From the NCBI GenBank assembly GCA_964397315.1, contig CAYNHV010000001.1, forward strand, positions 81,865 to 145,864: 64,000 nt of DNA, in the 5' to 3' direction. The position numbers and the translations under genes are program-made. Positions 19,765 through 29,888 of the stretch are shown here, one piece after another (positions within the stretch are counted from its first letter, which is position 1; every line of letters begins with the position of its first letter). This stretch comes from an uncultured Methanosarcinales archaeon. GTDB taxonomy: Archaea > Nanobdellota > Nanobdellia > Woesearchaeales > UBA12501. A model generated the notes under the pieces. It ran no database searches. It saw nothing but the letters and a program-made list of their open reading frames with translations, and was not told the origin of the DNA.

Positions 19765-21522
19765 TCATATGCTGGAGTAATAGAGTGTCCTGCTGCCCTT
19801 TGTTGATTCATACTCTCTTCTCTTAAGCTGGCTGGTTTTTATGGAATCAGATAGGTTCTCCAGCCTGAATGATCCCCCCTCTCTCAGAAGGAGGTATAAA
19901 GGCCTGAGGCCCTCACCAGAGCCTGACTGGACAAACCCTGCCTGGGCAAGATCATAATTTGATTCAAGATACTGTTTTACTTCAGGATTATTCAGGTCTG
20001 AGAGGCCCCACTCATAAAGGAAAACCCATCTGTAACCATTGTTCATCTCACCCTCCGTTATCAATGAAAGATTATCGGGCAGAGTCCATCCCTTGCGGTG
20101 CGCGTGCCAGAGGAAGCCCCTGCTCTGGAATCCGGAGTGGAATGCCTTCTCAGACTCAGATGAGTGATCCTTGACATACTCGCCGGCAACATCAAGGCCT
20201 ATGAACTGCGTGTCAAACATCCTGTTTTTCGCATCAAAAATGCCGCCCATGCTGCTGAAAACTGGGGGGTAGATAAGCAGGAGGAAGAGAACTATTATGC
20301 CCGCCCACCTGAGGTGTTTCATCTTCAAAGCGTTTTCAAGAGTTACTCCTGCAACCACAAAAAAGAAAGCCATCAGTATTATGACCGGCAGAGCCACAGG
20401 ATACTGGTGGTAATTATGGTTGGCGAGCTTGTCCCCCATGATCCAGATCCAGGGTATTGAGCCTATGAGATATGCAAGAAGGAATACATCACCTCTCCTG
20501 CTCTCATCTTCAGATGATTTCCTATTGTAGAAGTACAGGAAAAGCAGAAGGCCTATGAATGCAAAGAAAACGCCTATAATGGAGTAATTGTCAGCAGCGT
20601 ATGACTTCATTATTGACCAGAACTTTGAGGAGAAGACCATGCCGAGGTCAAGCTGTATGTCTCCCAAGAGCGACCCTCCTGATCCTGCCGCGCCTCCCAG
20701 ACTGCTTTTTATGATCTTGTTGTTCAACAACCACAATGGAAGCAGCACAACAGGTGATGCTGCATAGAGGTAAGCCTTCCAGTTTTTCCTGAGGTGGGTC
20801 TTTGAAATTTTGCTCCAGGGGAACACTGCGAGCATCGGTATTGCAATGAGAGCAAAGGAGTACTTTGTGAGGAATGATATCATGAAGCTGAGGGCAGCGA
20901 AAAACAGCATATTGGAGTTGTGAAGCTTATCATCAGACGGTTTTTGAGTGTCAAGCCACTTCAGGTATAGGAGCATTGACAGCAGGCCGAAGAAAAGAGC
21001 TGGGTTTATCATCTGAACCTGCCTTCCGAAGAACACAAACAGGGGATTAAGGGAGGCTATAAGGGCTGCAGTAAGGGCCAGGTCCTCTCTCCTGAAAAGC
21101 ATTTTAACGACAAAATAAAAGAGCGCTATGCTGGCCATCATGAACATTATGGAAGTCCATCTCGCCACCCCTGCATCAACACCAAAAAGCTTGAATGCAG
21201 CTCCTGCTGCCAGGGAGGTGGCAGGGAATGTGTCAGCGTGAACACCCCCATCCATTGTTTCAAGATTATATGTCTGCTTCTCAGGTGCTAGGAACCCGTT
21301 TGCAAAGAATCCGTCTTCTGCATAATTCCTCGCCTCTGAGAGATAGTGTGTCTCTTTCCAGTTGTGGTATCCTATTACGGGATAGTCAGCATGATATGCC
21401 CTCAGCCAGAACCCTGCCAGAAGGATTACAGCAAGAATTATCAGATTCCAGCGGCTCTTCAGGGCCTCCAGTGAGAGCACCACCTCTTCAGACCCCTCCT
21501 TTTTGCTTTTATTCCCCCCCAT
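19765..21522 (-). CDS. Membrane glycosyltransferase (ArnT/PMT_2, GT-C fold)
   Basis: LLAGFWLRAY N-terminal motif, about 11 TMs, FLTKY. Confidence 0.8.
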   Translation of the reverse strand: MGGNKSKKEGSEEVVLSLEALKSRWNLIILAVILLAGFWLRAYHADYPVIGYHNWKETHYLSEARNYAEDGFFANGFLAPEKQTYNLETMDGGVHADTFPATSLAAGAAFKLFGVDAGVARWTSIMFMMASIALFYFVVKMLFRREDLALTAALIASLNPLFVFFGRQVQMINPALFFGLLSMLLYLKWLDTQKPSDDKLHNSNMLFFAALSFMISFLTKYSFALIAIPMLAVFPWSKISKTHLRKNWKAYLYAASPVVLLPLWLLNNKIIKSSLGGAAGSGGSLLGDIQLDLGMVFSSKFWSIMKSYAADNYSIIGVFFAFIGLLLFLYFYNRKSSEDESRRGDVFLLAYLIGSIPWIWIMGDKLANHNYHQYPVALPVIILMAFFFVVAGVTLENALKMKHLRWAGIIVLFLLLIYPPVFSSMGGIFDAKNRMFDTQFIGLDVAGEYVKDHSSESEKAFHSGFQSRGFLWHAHRKGWTLPDNLSLITEGEMNNGYRWVFLYEWGLSDLNNPEVKQYLESNYDLAQAGFVQSGSGEGLRPLYLLLREGGSFRLENLSDSIKTSQLKRREYESTKGSRTLYYSSI

Positions 21523-21614
21523 CTTAACCCGCCCTGAAGCATATTTAGGACACGCCGCCCTCTTATACCTTAGTTTTGAATTCCTGCCTTTCTTACCAGG
21601 ATCTGAACTCTTGC

Positions 21615-22409
21615 TTATTTTATTATCCCGAACCAGTCAAACAAGAGCCTGTCTGTTGCCTTTACAAGGCTTGTGCCCTTTCCAGCTATCCTTATGCATC
21701 CTTCATTCTCCCTTACAACCTCATTATCATCTGACTTGTCCATGAATATGACTGGATTTTTGGGATTGCTGCAGTTCACGATGGGCCTGCTGTAGCAGAC
21801 TGGTGTTGTGTTCCTGGTGCATGCTGCAACAGGCATTATGTTGAATACCTGGGCGAGATTCACGCTAAGCTCTGCGCTTGCCAGCGCAGTATAGGTGTGA
21901 TTCCTTCCTGAAGGGTCAAATGCCACGTGAGTCCCGTTGAAGTTCTTGAAATCGCTCACACTGCCCACAACAGGGATGTTTTCCACCTCTCTTGGCCCGT
22001 AGTGCAGCCTGACATTGTAAAGCTCTTTAGTGCCTTTCCTCTGAACCTGGGTGAACCACATTCCCCCTCTCCTTACAAATGAGTACCCATCATACATATA
22101 GCCCTCGTCAGGGCCAAGCTCTCCCTTAATGTTTTTCTCATGAAGCTCGCTTATGGTGTCCCTCTCCGGGCCTTTTCCCGCCATCTTGTAGCCTGCAAGA
22201 ATTATGCCAAACAGGACAAGGATTGTTATCACAGCCCAAAGAAGGTGCCTGTCTGAGCTTGATGAGCCTCCAGGGGAGGGGCTTTTCCTCTCCTGCTTTT
22301 GGTCTTGCTTTGCGTCCTCCCTTTTTCTCTCTGTCTTGCTGGCCGGCTCTGATTCTCCCTTTTTGACTGTTTTTCTCCTTGATGTCTTTTTTGATTTCTT
22401 CTTGGTCAT
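21615..22409 (-). CDS. Membrane-anchored hypothetical protein
   Basis: Start MTKKKSKK overlaps upstream stop (ATGA); one TM; YDGYSF...WFT...LHYGP; similar to neighbour. Confidence 0.7.
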   Translation of the reverse strand: MTKKKSKKTSRRKTVKKGESEPASKTERKREDAKQDQKQERKSPSPGGSSSSDRHLLWAVITILVLFGIILAGYKMAGKGPERDTISELHEKNIKGELGPDEGYMYDGYSFVRRGGMWFTQVQRKGTKELYNVRLHYGPREVENIPVVGSVSDFKNFNGTHVAFDPSGRNHTYTALASAELSVNLAQVFNIMPVAACTRNTTPVCYSRPIVNCSNPKNPVIFMDKSDDNEVVRENEGCIRIAGKGTSLVKATDRLLFDWFGIIK

Positions 22410-23035
22410 CCTATCACTCCCAGAAATGCGTAGAGCAGCCTGTCCCTCATGGCAAGAACATCCTGCGGGGATTCCGCTTCCATCACAAGGCAGTTGCTGC
22501 TGTAGCTTATCCCTGTCTTGTTTCCGCTCCTGATGTATATGACAGGCACCGCAGTTGTGGCATTGCCGCATGTTATGACTGTCTTGTTGAACTCGTTCTC
22601 TCCTGTAAAGGCGTATTCAAGAAAAGTGCCTTTTTCCTCCATCACTCTCTTCATCTCAAACTCAGCTTTGCCGATATAGCTCTTCAGGCTGTCATCAGGG
22701 TCTGAGGTTATGTATGCCATTCTTGTCTGCCTGAGGGATGATGCCGCAGCAGGCTTTAAATTGAGGTCCTCCACCTCAAGGGGGTGGTGATAGAATGTTA
22801 TGGTTTCCCCTGAGTGCTCTGTCTGCCAGAGCCTGTTCTGCGTCAGCCTGAAATCATAGCCATTGTATTCCTGCTTTGTGTCTGAGCCTCCTTTCCACAT
22901 GAATCCCACAACACTCAGCATCATTATTACAACTATAAACAGGCTCATCCAGAATCCCTTAGAGAGCCTTCTGCCCTTTTTCCCCTCTTTTTGGGCTGCA
23001 AGAGCCCTTTTCCTGCTCTTTTTATGCTTTTTCAT
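22406..23035 (-). CDS. Membrane-anchored hypothetical protein (paralog-like of neighbour)
   Basis: One TM; YNGYDF...WQT...FYHHP; both proteins end with a DRLL motif. Confidence 0.75.
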   Translation of the reverse strand: MKKHKKSRKRALAAQKEGKKGRRLSKGFWMSLFIVVIMMLSVVGFMWKGGSDTKQEYNGYDFRLTQNRLWQTEHSGETITFYHHPLEVEDLNLKPAAASSLRQTRMAYITSDPDDSLKSYIGKAEFEMKRVMEEKGTFLEYAFTGENEFNKTVITCGNATTAVPVIYIRSGNKTGISYSSNCLVMEAESPQDVLAMRDRLLYAFLGVIG

Positions 23036-23174
23036 GGCTTAACTGTCCTCCACTAAGCTCGTTTTTAAAGTTTTTGAAGAGCAGAACCAAAAATTTATAA
23101 ATTTCAGATTATTTTAAATATACAGAACATTCAATAAATAATAAATTTTGTGAATATGCCTCAAAAACAGGGAG

Positions 23175-23678
23175 ATGTGGGAGATATCAATGCCTGAAAA
23201 GACCAGGGAGATTGAGGAGAAGATGCTTGACCTTTTCAGCAGGATCAATTACGAGTTCGGCAATGATGATGCAACCGCAAGGCTTGCTGGCATGATATAC
23301 CTAAGCCCAAAAGAAGTCTCTCTTGAGGAGCTGGCTGAAAGAACAGGATACAGCCATGCCTCAATAAGCAACAAGACAGGAATGCTTATTAATGTCGGAA
23401 TAATAAAGAAAGTGCGCAGACCGGGAACAAAAAAAGCCTACTTCTACATGGAAAAGGACATGAAAAAGCTGATGTGCAGCACATTCAAGAAGGTTCTTGA
23501 GCTTAAGCTAAGGCCCATAAAGAACAGGATGCCTCCCCTGATAGAGGAGTACAAGAAGGAGGTCAAGAAGGGAGACAGCGAGTCAGAGCAGAAGCTCAGG
23601 ATACTCCAGAACTATCTCAAGGATATCAAGGTTATTGAAGAGAAGATGAGCAGGATGGTGAATGAGCTATGCCAGTAA
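23175..23678 (+). CDS. GbsR/MarR-type HTH transcriptional regulator
   Basis: SLEELAERTGYSHASISN, RPGTKKAYF; true start may be 23190. Confidence 0.85.
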   Translation: MWEISMPEKTREIEEKMLDLFSRINYEFGNDDATARLAGMIYLSPKEVSLEELAERTGYSHASISNKTGMLINVGIIKKVRRPGTKKAYFYMEKDMKKLMCSTFKKVLELKLRPIKNRMPPLIEEYKKEVKKGDSESEQKLRILQNYLKDIKVIEEKMSRMVNELCQ

Positions 23679-24400
23679 AAGCCAGAAAAAGCAGGGAAGG
23701 AGATCTCATAATCAGGCTGGAGAAAGTATGGAAGGTATACCAGATGGGAGATGTTGAGGTGCCTGCCCTCAGAGGGATGAACATTGAGATAAGCGACGGA
23801 GAATTTGTCGCGATAATGGGGCCTTCTGGCTCTGGAAAATCAACAGCAATGAACATGGTGGGCTGCCTGGACATACCCACAAAAGGAAAAATATCTCTTG
23901 ATGGAAAAGACATATCCCATCTTGAGGAGTCAGACCTCGCCCAGATAAGAGGCCAGAGAATAGGCTTCATATTCCAGCAGTTCAACCTGATCCCGACTCT
24001 TACTGCGCTGGAGAATGTTACACTGCCCATGGTGTTCCAGGGAATGCCGAAGGAGAAGAGGCTTGAGAGAGCCAGAAAACTGCTTGAGATGGTGGGCTTG
24101 GGAGACAGGACAAACCACAAGCCAGCAGAGCTCAGCGGAGGGCAGCAGCAGAGAGTGGCCATCGCAAGATCCCTGGCCAATGACCCTGAGGTCATATTGG
24201 CAGACGAGCCCACAGGCAATCTTGACACCAAAACAGGAGGCACTGTCATGAGCTTCCTGTGCAAGCTTAACAAGGAGGAAGGCAAGACAATAGTCATGGT
24301 GACCCATGACCCAAAGGTGGCTGAGAGCGCTGAAAGGATTGAGCAGCTGCAGGATGGGGTCATAGTCAGAACAGCAAAAGGAAAGAATCACAAGAAATGA
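23669..24400 (+). CDS. ABC transporter ATP-binding protein (LolD/MacB type)
   Basis: GPSGSGKS, LSGGQQQRVAIAR, LADEPTGNLD, VTHD. Confidence 0.95.
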   Translation: MPVKARKSREGDLIIRLEKVWKVYQMGDVEVPALRGMNIEISDGEFVAIMGPSGSGKSTAMNMVGCLDIPTKGKISLDGKDISHLEESDLAQIRGQRIGFIFQQFNLIPTLTALENVTLPMVFQGMPKEKRLERARKLLEMVGLGDRTNHKPAELSGGQQQRVAIARSLANDPEVILADEPTGNLDTKTGGTVMSFLCKLNKEEGKTIVMVTHDPKVAESAERIEQLQDGVIVRTAKGKNHKK

Positions 24401-24417
24401 AAGGGAGGTAATAGAAA

Positions 24418-25758
24418 ATGAAAAGAAACATAGGATCAAGGATGATGATTATCACAGCAATAATGATGCTGATGGCGTTCTGCCTCTCGCCAGCAGTGGC
24501 TTACGAGAGCAGCAAGACCATGGCAATGGCGGAGACAGGCCACACCCCGAACCTGCAGGTGCTGGCAACCAAGTATGAGCCTTATCCTGTAGAGCCTGGG
24601 GAGTACTTTGACGTATGGCTCAAGATAGGCAATGAGGGCAACTCTGACATAGACGACTTCACATTTGAGCTCACTCATGAGTATCCGTTCAGCCTTGACG
24701 CTGGAGAGACAGCCAAGAGGCACTTTGGAAAGATACCCTCCCACTCAATAATGCTCGTGCACTACAAGGTTAGGGTAAGCGAGGATGCTGTTGAAGGGGC
24801 CAATGCCCTGAACTACAGGTACAGGTACGTGCAGAGCGACCTTAAGTGGATAGAGGCTCAGGAGAGCATAAAGGTGCAGACAAGAGAGGCTGTGCTTAAT
24901 ATAATATCTGTGGAATCAGAGCCTGACACCATACCTCCCGGAAAAGAAGCGAATGTGACAATAACCCTGAAGAACCATGCGGGCTCTGTGATAAGGGATG
25001 TGCTTTTCAAGCTGGACCTCTCAATGTCAACAGTGGCTCAGAACCCATCTTCACTGACACCAACAAGCGCGGTGATTGACTATTACTATAATGCAATACC
25101 TCTTGTTCCGGTTGACTCATCCACTGAAAAGAGAATAGGCCACATCAAGGGGGGAGAGGAGAAAAAGGTCACCTACCATCTCAAGGCGTTTCCTGATGCA
25201 GAGTCAAGAGTCTACAAGGTGCCCATAAGGGCAACATACCAGGACGAGGTAGGAAGGAACTACACAAAGGACGATGTTGTGGGAATAACAATAGGCGATG
25301 TTCCAGAGCTTGACATAAAAGTGGATGACAACAACATATACCGGGCAGGAATGACAGGAGACGCAACAATCAGGGTGGTCAACAGGGGAGTGACAGACGT
25401 CAAGTTCTTCAACATAAAGCTAAAAGAATCAGACAGCTATGATATAATCTCCTCAGACAGCGTATATGTGGGGGATGTTGACTCAGATGACTATGAGACA
25501 GTTGATTTCAGGCTCTATGTCAAGGGCCTTGAGGATGACATTCTTAAGCTTCCCCTTGAAGTCCAGTACAGGGACTCAAACAACAAGCCTTACAGCAGGG
25601 AATTAACGCTTGAGATGAAAGCCTACTCCCAGAACAAGAGAGAGGCTGGAAACGGAAGCTCGCTCAGCATAGTGGTCCTTGTGCTCGTGCTTCTCGGAGG
25701 AGCATGGCTGGCATACAGGAGATGGGAGAAGAAAAAGAGAAAAAAGAGCCAGAAGTGA
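24418..25758 (+). CDS. COG1361 S-layer-like protein
   Basis: Signal peptide, YEPYPVEPGE, YVGDVDSDDYET, C-terminal TM; located inside an ABC operon. Confidence 0.85.
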   Translation: MKRNIGSRMMIITAIMMLMAFCLSPAVAYESSKTMAMAETGHTPNLQVLATKYEPYPVEPGEYFDVWLKIGNEGNSDIDDFTFELTHEYPFSLDAGETAKRHFGKIPSHSIMLVHYKVRVSEDAVEGANALNYRYRYVQSDLKWIEAQESIKVQTREAVLNIISVESEPDTIPPGKEANVTITLKNHAGSVIRDVLFKLDLSMSTVAQNPSSLTPTSAVIDYYYNAIPLVPVDSSTEKRIGHIKGGEEKKVTYHLKAFPDAESRVYKVPIRATYQDEVGRNYTKDDVVGITIGDVPELDIKVDDNNIYRAGMTGDATIRVVNRGVTDVKFFNIKLKESDSYDIISSDSVYVGDVDSDDYETVDFRLYVKGLEDDILKLPLEVQYRDSNNKPYSRELTLEMKAYSQNKREAGNGSSLSIVVLVLVLLGGAWLAYRRWEKKKRKKSQK

Positions 25759-25795
25759 AGCCTGGCCTCTTTTTTAACCCCAGGGGAAGATAGCC

Positions 25796-27016
25796 ATGTT
25801 AGGGGATTTCATAAAGCTTTCATTTGAAAACCTGAAAAGGAGAAGGCTCAGGTCCTGGCTCACCATGATAGGCATCTTTATAGGGATTGCTGCTGTGGTG
25901 GCTCTTATAGGCCTTGGAGAGGGCCTCAGCAACGCCATAAACGCCCAGTTTGGATTTCTTGGAACAGACATGATCTCAGTTACCGCATCGGGAGGCTTCG
26001 GTCCCCCTGGAGCAGGCACAGTCAATCCCCTCACAGACAAGGAGCTTGAGGCTGTAAAGGATGTCAGGGGGGTGAAGGAGACAGCAGGAAGGCTGCTGGA
26101 GCCCGCCAAGCTGGTGTACAACAATAAGGCTGCCTTCACATACGTGGCAAGCATGCCTGATGGAGATGGAAGAAAACTGATAGAGAACTTCATGGGCCTT
26201 GAAACAGAAAGAGGAAGGCTGCTTGAGGACGGGGATGGGGAATCTGCTGTTGTGGGCTATAATTTCATGGAGGATGAGATATTCGGAAAGCAAGTCATTC
26301 CCGGCAAGAAGATAAGAATACAGGACAGGGATTTTGAGGTGGTGGGGGTTGTTGAGAAAAAAGGCAATTTCCAGATTGACAGGTCCGTCCTCATAAATGA
26401 GGATGTGATGAGGGAGGTTTTCAACAGGGAAAGCGATGTCTATGACCTGATTGCAGCAAGGTTTGACGAGAATGATGACCTGGAGAGGATAAAGAAAGAT
26501 ATTGAAAAGGAATTAAGGAAAGTGAGGGATGTTGAGAAGGGAGAGGAGGACTTCTCAGTAGACACGCCCCAGTCAATGCTTGAAAACGTAAACTCTGTCC
26601 TGCTTGGGGTGCAGATATTCGTCTACATAATAGCAGGAATATCAATCCTTGTGGGAGGGATAGGCATAATGAACACAATGTACACTGCGGTTGTTGAGAG
26701 AACAAAGGAGATTGGGATAATGAAATCCATAGGCGCAAGGAACTCCGCCATTTTCATACTCTTTTTCATGGAATCAGGGTTTTTGGGTGCTGCAGGAGGC
26801 GCGATAGGCGCTGCAGCAGGCTACGGCCTGGCAAAGGGGCTTGCTTTCGCAGGAAAGCTCGCCCTCGGCTCAGGGCTCATCTCAGCCCACATAACCCCCC
26901 AGCTGATCATGGGCTCAATCCTCTTTTCCTTCCTCATAGGCTCTTTTTTCGGAACCCTGCCGGCATGGCAGGCCTCAAAGCTTAATCCGGTTGAAGCCAT
27001 AAGATACGCAAAATGA
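25796..27016 (+). CDS. ABC transporter permease (MacB/FtsX)
   Basis: RSWLTMIGIFIGIAAVV, GIMNTMYTAVVERTKEIGIMKSIGA. Confidence 0.95.
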   Translation: MLGDFIKLSFENLKRRRLRSWLTMIGIFIGIAAVVALIGLGEGLSNAINAQFGFLGTDMISVTASGGFGPPGAGTVNPLTDKELEAVKDVRGVKETAGRLLEPAKLVYNNKAAFTYVASMPDGDGRKLIENFMGLETERGRLLEDGDGESAVVGYNFMEDEIFGKQVIPGKKIRIQDRDFEVVGVVEKKGNFQIDRSVLINEDVMREVFNRESDVYDLIAARFDENDDLERIKKDIEKELRKVRDVEKGEEDFSVDTPQSMLENVNSVLLGVQIFVYIIAGISILVGGIGIMNTMYTAVVERTKEIGIMKSIGARNSAIFILFFMESGFLGAAGGAIGAAAGYGLAKGLAFAGKLALGSGLISAHITPQLIMGSILFSFLIGSFFGTLPAWQASKLNPVEAIRYAK

Positions 27017-27035
27017 AAAAACAAGGATTGTAAAA

Positions 27036-28253
27036 ATGATAAGGGACATTACAAAATACGCGCTGTCAAACATATGGAACAGAAAGCTCAGGAGTTTTCT
27101 CAGTGTCCTGTCCATAATGATAGGGATAACCGCCATATTCGCCCTGGCAAGCTTCGGCCTTGGCATGCAGTATTTTGTTGAGGATTTCGGAAAGCAGATG
27201 GGAACAGACAAGATAATGATAATGCCAAAGGACTTCATGACAGCAGCTGCTGAGTCAAATGTGGAGTTTGATGATGAGGACCTGGAGTTCATAAAGAAGG
27301 TGAATGGCGTGGACGGGGCCACAGGCATGGTGGTGACGTACGCGAAAGTGGGTTTCAAGGATTACAGGCCAACATACCCATTTGTGATGGGGTTTTCAAC
27401 AGAGGCTGAGGAGATGAGGCTTGTTGAAGAGACCTTCTCTGGCATAGACATCATAGACGGGAGGGCCCTTAAGGAGGGTGATGTCTATAACTCTGTCCTG
27501 GGATACAATTACAGGATACCTGAGAGGATATTTGACAAGGGAGTCAAGGTAGGGGACGAAATAAAGATAAATGACATTGAGGTGGAGGCTGTTGGATTCT
27601 ATGAGGAAGTGGGAAATCCTGAGGATGACAGGAATGTCTACCTCAGTCTTGAGGGGGCAGAAGAGATCCTGAAAAAAGAAAACTATATTTACATCCTGGT
27701 GAGGTCTTCCGCAGCAGAGGATCCCACAGAGCTGGCAGATGAGATAAAAGAGGATTTCAGACAGCACAGGAACCAGGAAGAGGGCCAGGAGGATTTTGTG
27801 GTGCAGACATTTGAGCAGGTAATGGAAACATACACCTCAATACTGAACATCATAGTGTCAATTCTTGTGCTGATAGCCCTGGTCTCTGTTGTTGTTGCTG
27901 CGGTGAACATAATGAACACGATGTACACCTCAATCATGGAGAGGACAAGGGAGATAGGAGTGATGAAGTCCATAGGCGCAAGAAACAACCTTATACTGGG
28001 CGTTTTCATGGTGGAGGCTGGCGCTCTGGGCATAATAGGGGGGATACTGGGCGTTGTCTTCGGCTACGCTGTCGCAAAGGCAGGAGGGCTCGTGGCAACG
28101 TATTACGGCATCGGAATGCTCCAGCCTTACTTCCCTTCATGGCTTATAATGGGATGCCTGCTTTTCGCTTTTGCAGTTGGAGCAGGAGCAGGCGTATTTC
28201 CTGCAAGGCAGGCAGCAAAGCTCAAGCCTGTGGATGCTTTGAGGTATGAGTGA
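27036..28253 (+). CDS. ABC transporter permease (MacB/FtsX)
   Basis: RSFLSVLSIMIGI, IMNTMYTSIMERTREIG, PVDALRYE. Confidence 0.95.
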   Translation: MIRDITKYALSNIWNRKLRSFLSVLSIMIGITAIFALASFGLGMQYFVEDFGKQMGTDKIMIMPKDFMTAAAESNVEFDDEDLEFIKKVNGVDGATGMVVTYAKVGFKDYRPTYPFVMGFSTEAEEMRLVEETFSGIDIIDGRALKEGDVYNSVLGYNYRIPERIFDKGVKVGDEIKINDIEVEAVGFYEEVGNPEDDRNVYLSLEGAEEILKKENYIYILVRSSAAEDPTELADEIKEDFRQHRNQEEGQEDFVVQTFEQVMETYTSILNIIVSILVLIALVSVVVAAVNIMNTMYTSIMERTREIGVMKSIGARNNLILGVFMVEAGALGIIGGILGVVFGYAVAKAGGLVATYYGIGMLQPYFPSWLIMGCLLFAFAVGAGAGVFPARQAAKLKPVDALRYE

Positions 28254-28259
28254 ATGTAA

Positions 28260-28913
28260 ATGGGAACAAAAGGCGCTATAAGGGGAAGGCATGCGCAGAG
28301 TTTCGCGCAAAGGGCAAGGAAGGCGGATTTCCAAGCTATAATGAAAGAAGAGGTAGCCCCTCTGATCAAGAAGAATGATGTTGTCGCAGACATATGCGCC
28401 GGCTCAGGGCAGTTAATCCCCTATATTTTAAGGAATGCCAAGCGGGTGACAGCAGTTGATGCAAGTGATGACATGATCAACATCCTTTCCAGGAGATATG
28501 GAAAGGATAGAAGGGTGAAGATAATCAGGGCTGACGCTGCTAGAACCAGCCTTCCGACAGAATCTTTTGACGCTATAACATTCACCTTCAGCCTCCACCA
28601 TATAAGAGAAGGAGGGGAGGTACTGCGTGAATCAGCAAGGCTTCTCAGGCCTAATGGAAGGCTCGTTCTCGTTGACATGGTGTTTAATGGAAGGTGGTAC
28701 CATAAGATTTTTGAGCCACTATGGAGATTAAGAAAGGCGGTGAAGCAGGGATGGCATGAGATATATTGTGTGTATAGGGATACGAGGAACATTGAAAAAC
28801 TTATCAAAGAATCTGGCTTTAGAATAAGAAGGAAGAAAAGGATGAAGAGGTACAGGAAGGGTTACAGGGACAGGGTGTATCCTACACTCCTTTATGAACT
28901 TGAGAAGGCCTGA
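28260..28913 (+). CDS. Class I SAM-dependent methyltransferase
   Basis: VADICAGSG, TAVDAS, SFDAI, LHHI, LLRPNGRLVLVD. Confidence 0.88.
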   Translation: MGTKGAIRGRHAQSFAQRARKADFQAIMKEEVAPLIKKNDVVADICAGSGQLIPYILRNAKRVTAVDASDDMINILSRRYGKDRRVKIIRADAARTSLPTESFDAITFTFSLHHIREGGEVLRESARLLRPNGRLVLVDMVFNGRWYHKIFEPLWRLRKAVKQGWHEIYCVYRDTRNIEKLIKESGFRIRRKKRMKRYRKGYRDRVYPTLLYELEKA

Positions 28914-29859
28914 CCATCCTTTTAAGATAAGCATAAATCTTCTTCTTTACCTTGTCTTTAAGGTCATCATCAACATTAAGCTTTTCAACCTCCTTTTCCC
29001 AGTCAGCATCAGGCAGTCTTGTCAGGCTTCCCGCAAACTCCCTGCCTGCATTTTCCGCCTCCTGCTCAATCCGCCTTGCGTAGCTGGTGTTGAAGAGCTT
29101 TATCGCAGGAAATTTTGTTATGGCATCTGCTCCTGCCTCCAGAAGCTGGTGTATCTCTCCAAGCCTGTCCACCCATGAGCCTGCTATTATCTGCATCCCG
29201 GGAAATTCTTTTCTCACAGCCCTTATCCACTTGACGTAATAATCAGTTTCAGGGCCTTTTGTAAACGGCGTACCCTCATGAGGGTTCAGGGCGTAGAATG
29301 TTATCCTGTCAAGCCCGTGCTTTCTTATGAACTCAAGCAGCAGAGGGATGTCATCTTCTGTCTCTCCCAGGCCTATGATTATGGTGGCTGCCTTCTCAAG
29401 ACCGAGGTCTCCTGCTGCATCAAGCATTGCCTCTATGGGCTCAAGGGGCTTTGAAGGGCATACCTTTTTCCTGATGTCAGGATTAACGCACTCCACTGCC
29501 CCGCACACGCCCTTAATGTGAGGCATGAAACTCTCAATCTCCTGCCGGCTGAGGGCCCCTATGTTCAGCCACTGCTTCCTGCCTGTTATTCTGCTTAGCT
29601 GTTCTGCAAACCAGACAATATCAGGGAGGGGGTGGGAATCATATCCTCCGCTCAGGAACTCAATTCTCCACCCGCATGCTTTTGATATGAGAGCTTCTGC
29701 CAGTATGCTCTCCCTTTTCCTTACTGCATTCGCCCCCTTTATCCTCTGTTTCTGGGTTGACATGTAGCAGAAGCTGCAGTCTCCGATGCTGCAGTACCAG
29801 CTTAAGAAGATTGCCCTTTCAAACCACGTCCTTCCTGAAGAATATGCCGGAGATTCCAT
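28882..29859 (-). CDS. Radical SAM protein (biotin synthase-like)
   Basis: CSIGDCSFCYM cluster motif, LSGG, IIIGLGET, LNPHEGTP. Confidence 0.85.
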   Translation of the reverse strand: MESPAYSSGRTWFERAIFLSWYCSIGDCSFCYMSTQKQRIKGANAVRKRESILAEALISKACGWRIEFLSGGYDSHPLPDIVWFAEQLSRITGRKQWLNIGALSRQEIESFMPHIKGVCGAVECVNPDIRKKVCPSKPLEPIEAMLDAAGDLGLEKAATIIIGLGETEDDIPLLLEFIRKHGLDRITFYALNPHEGTPFTKGPETDYYVKWIRAVRKEFPGMQIIAGSWVDRLGEIHQLLEAGADAITKFPAIKLFNTSYARRIEQEAENAGREFAGSLTRLPDADWEKEVEKLNVDDDLKDKVKKKIYAYLKRMVRPSQVHKGV

Positions 29860-29888
29860 TTTAGTTCTTGTTTTTAAGTAATCAAACT

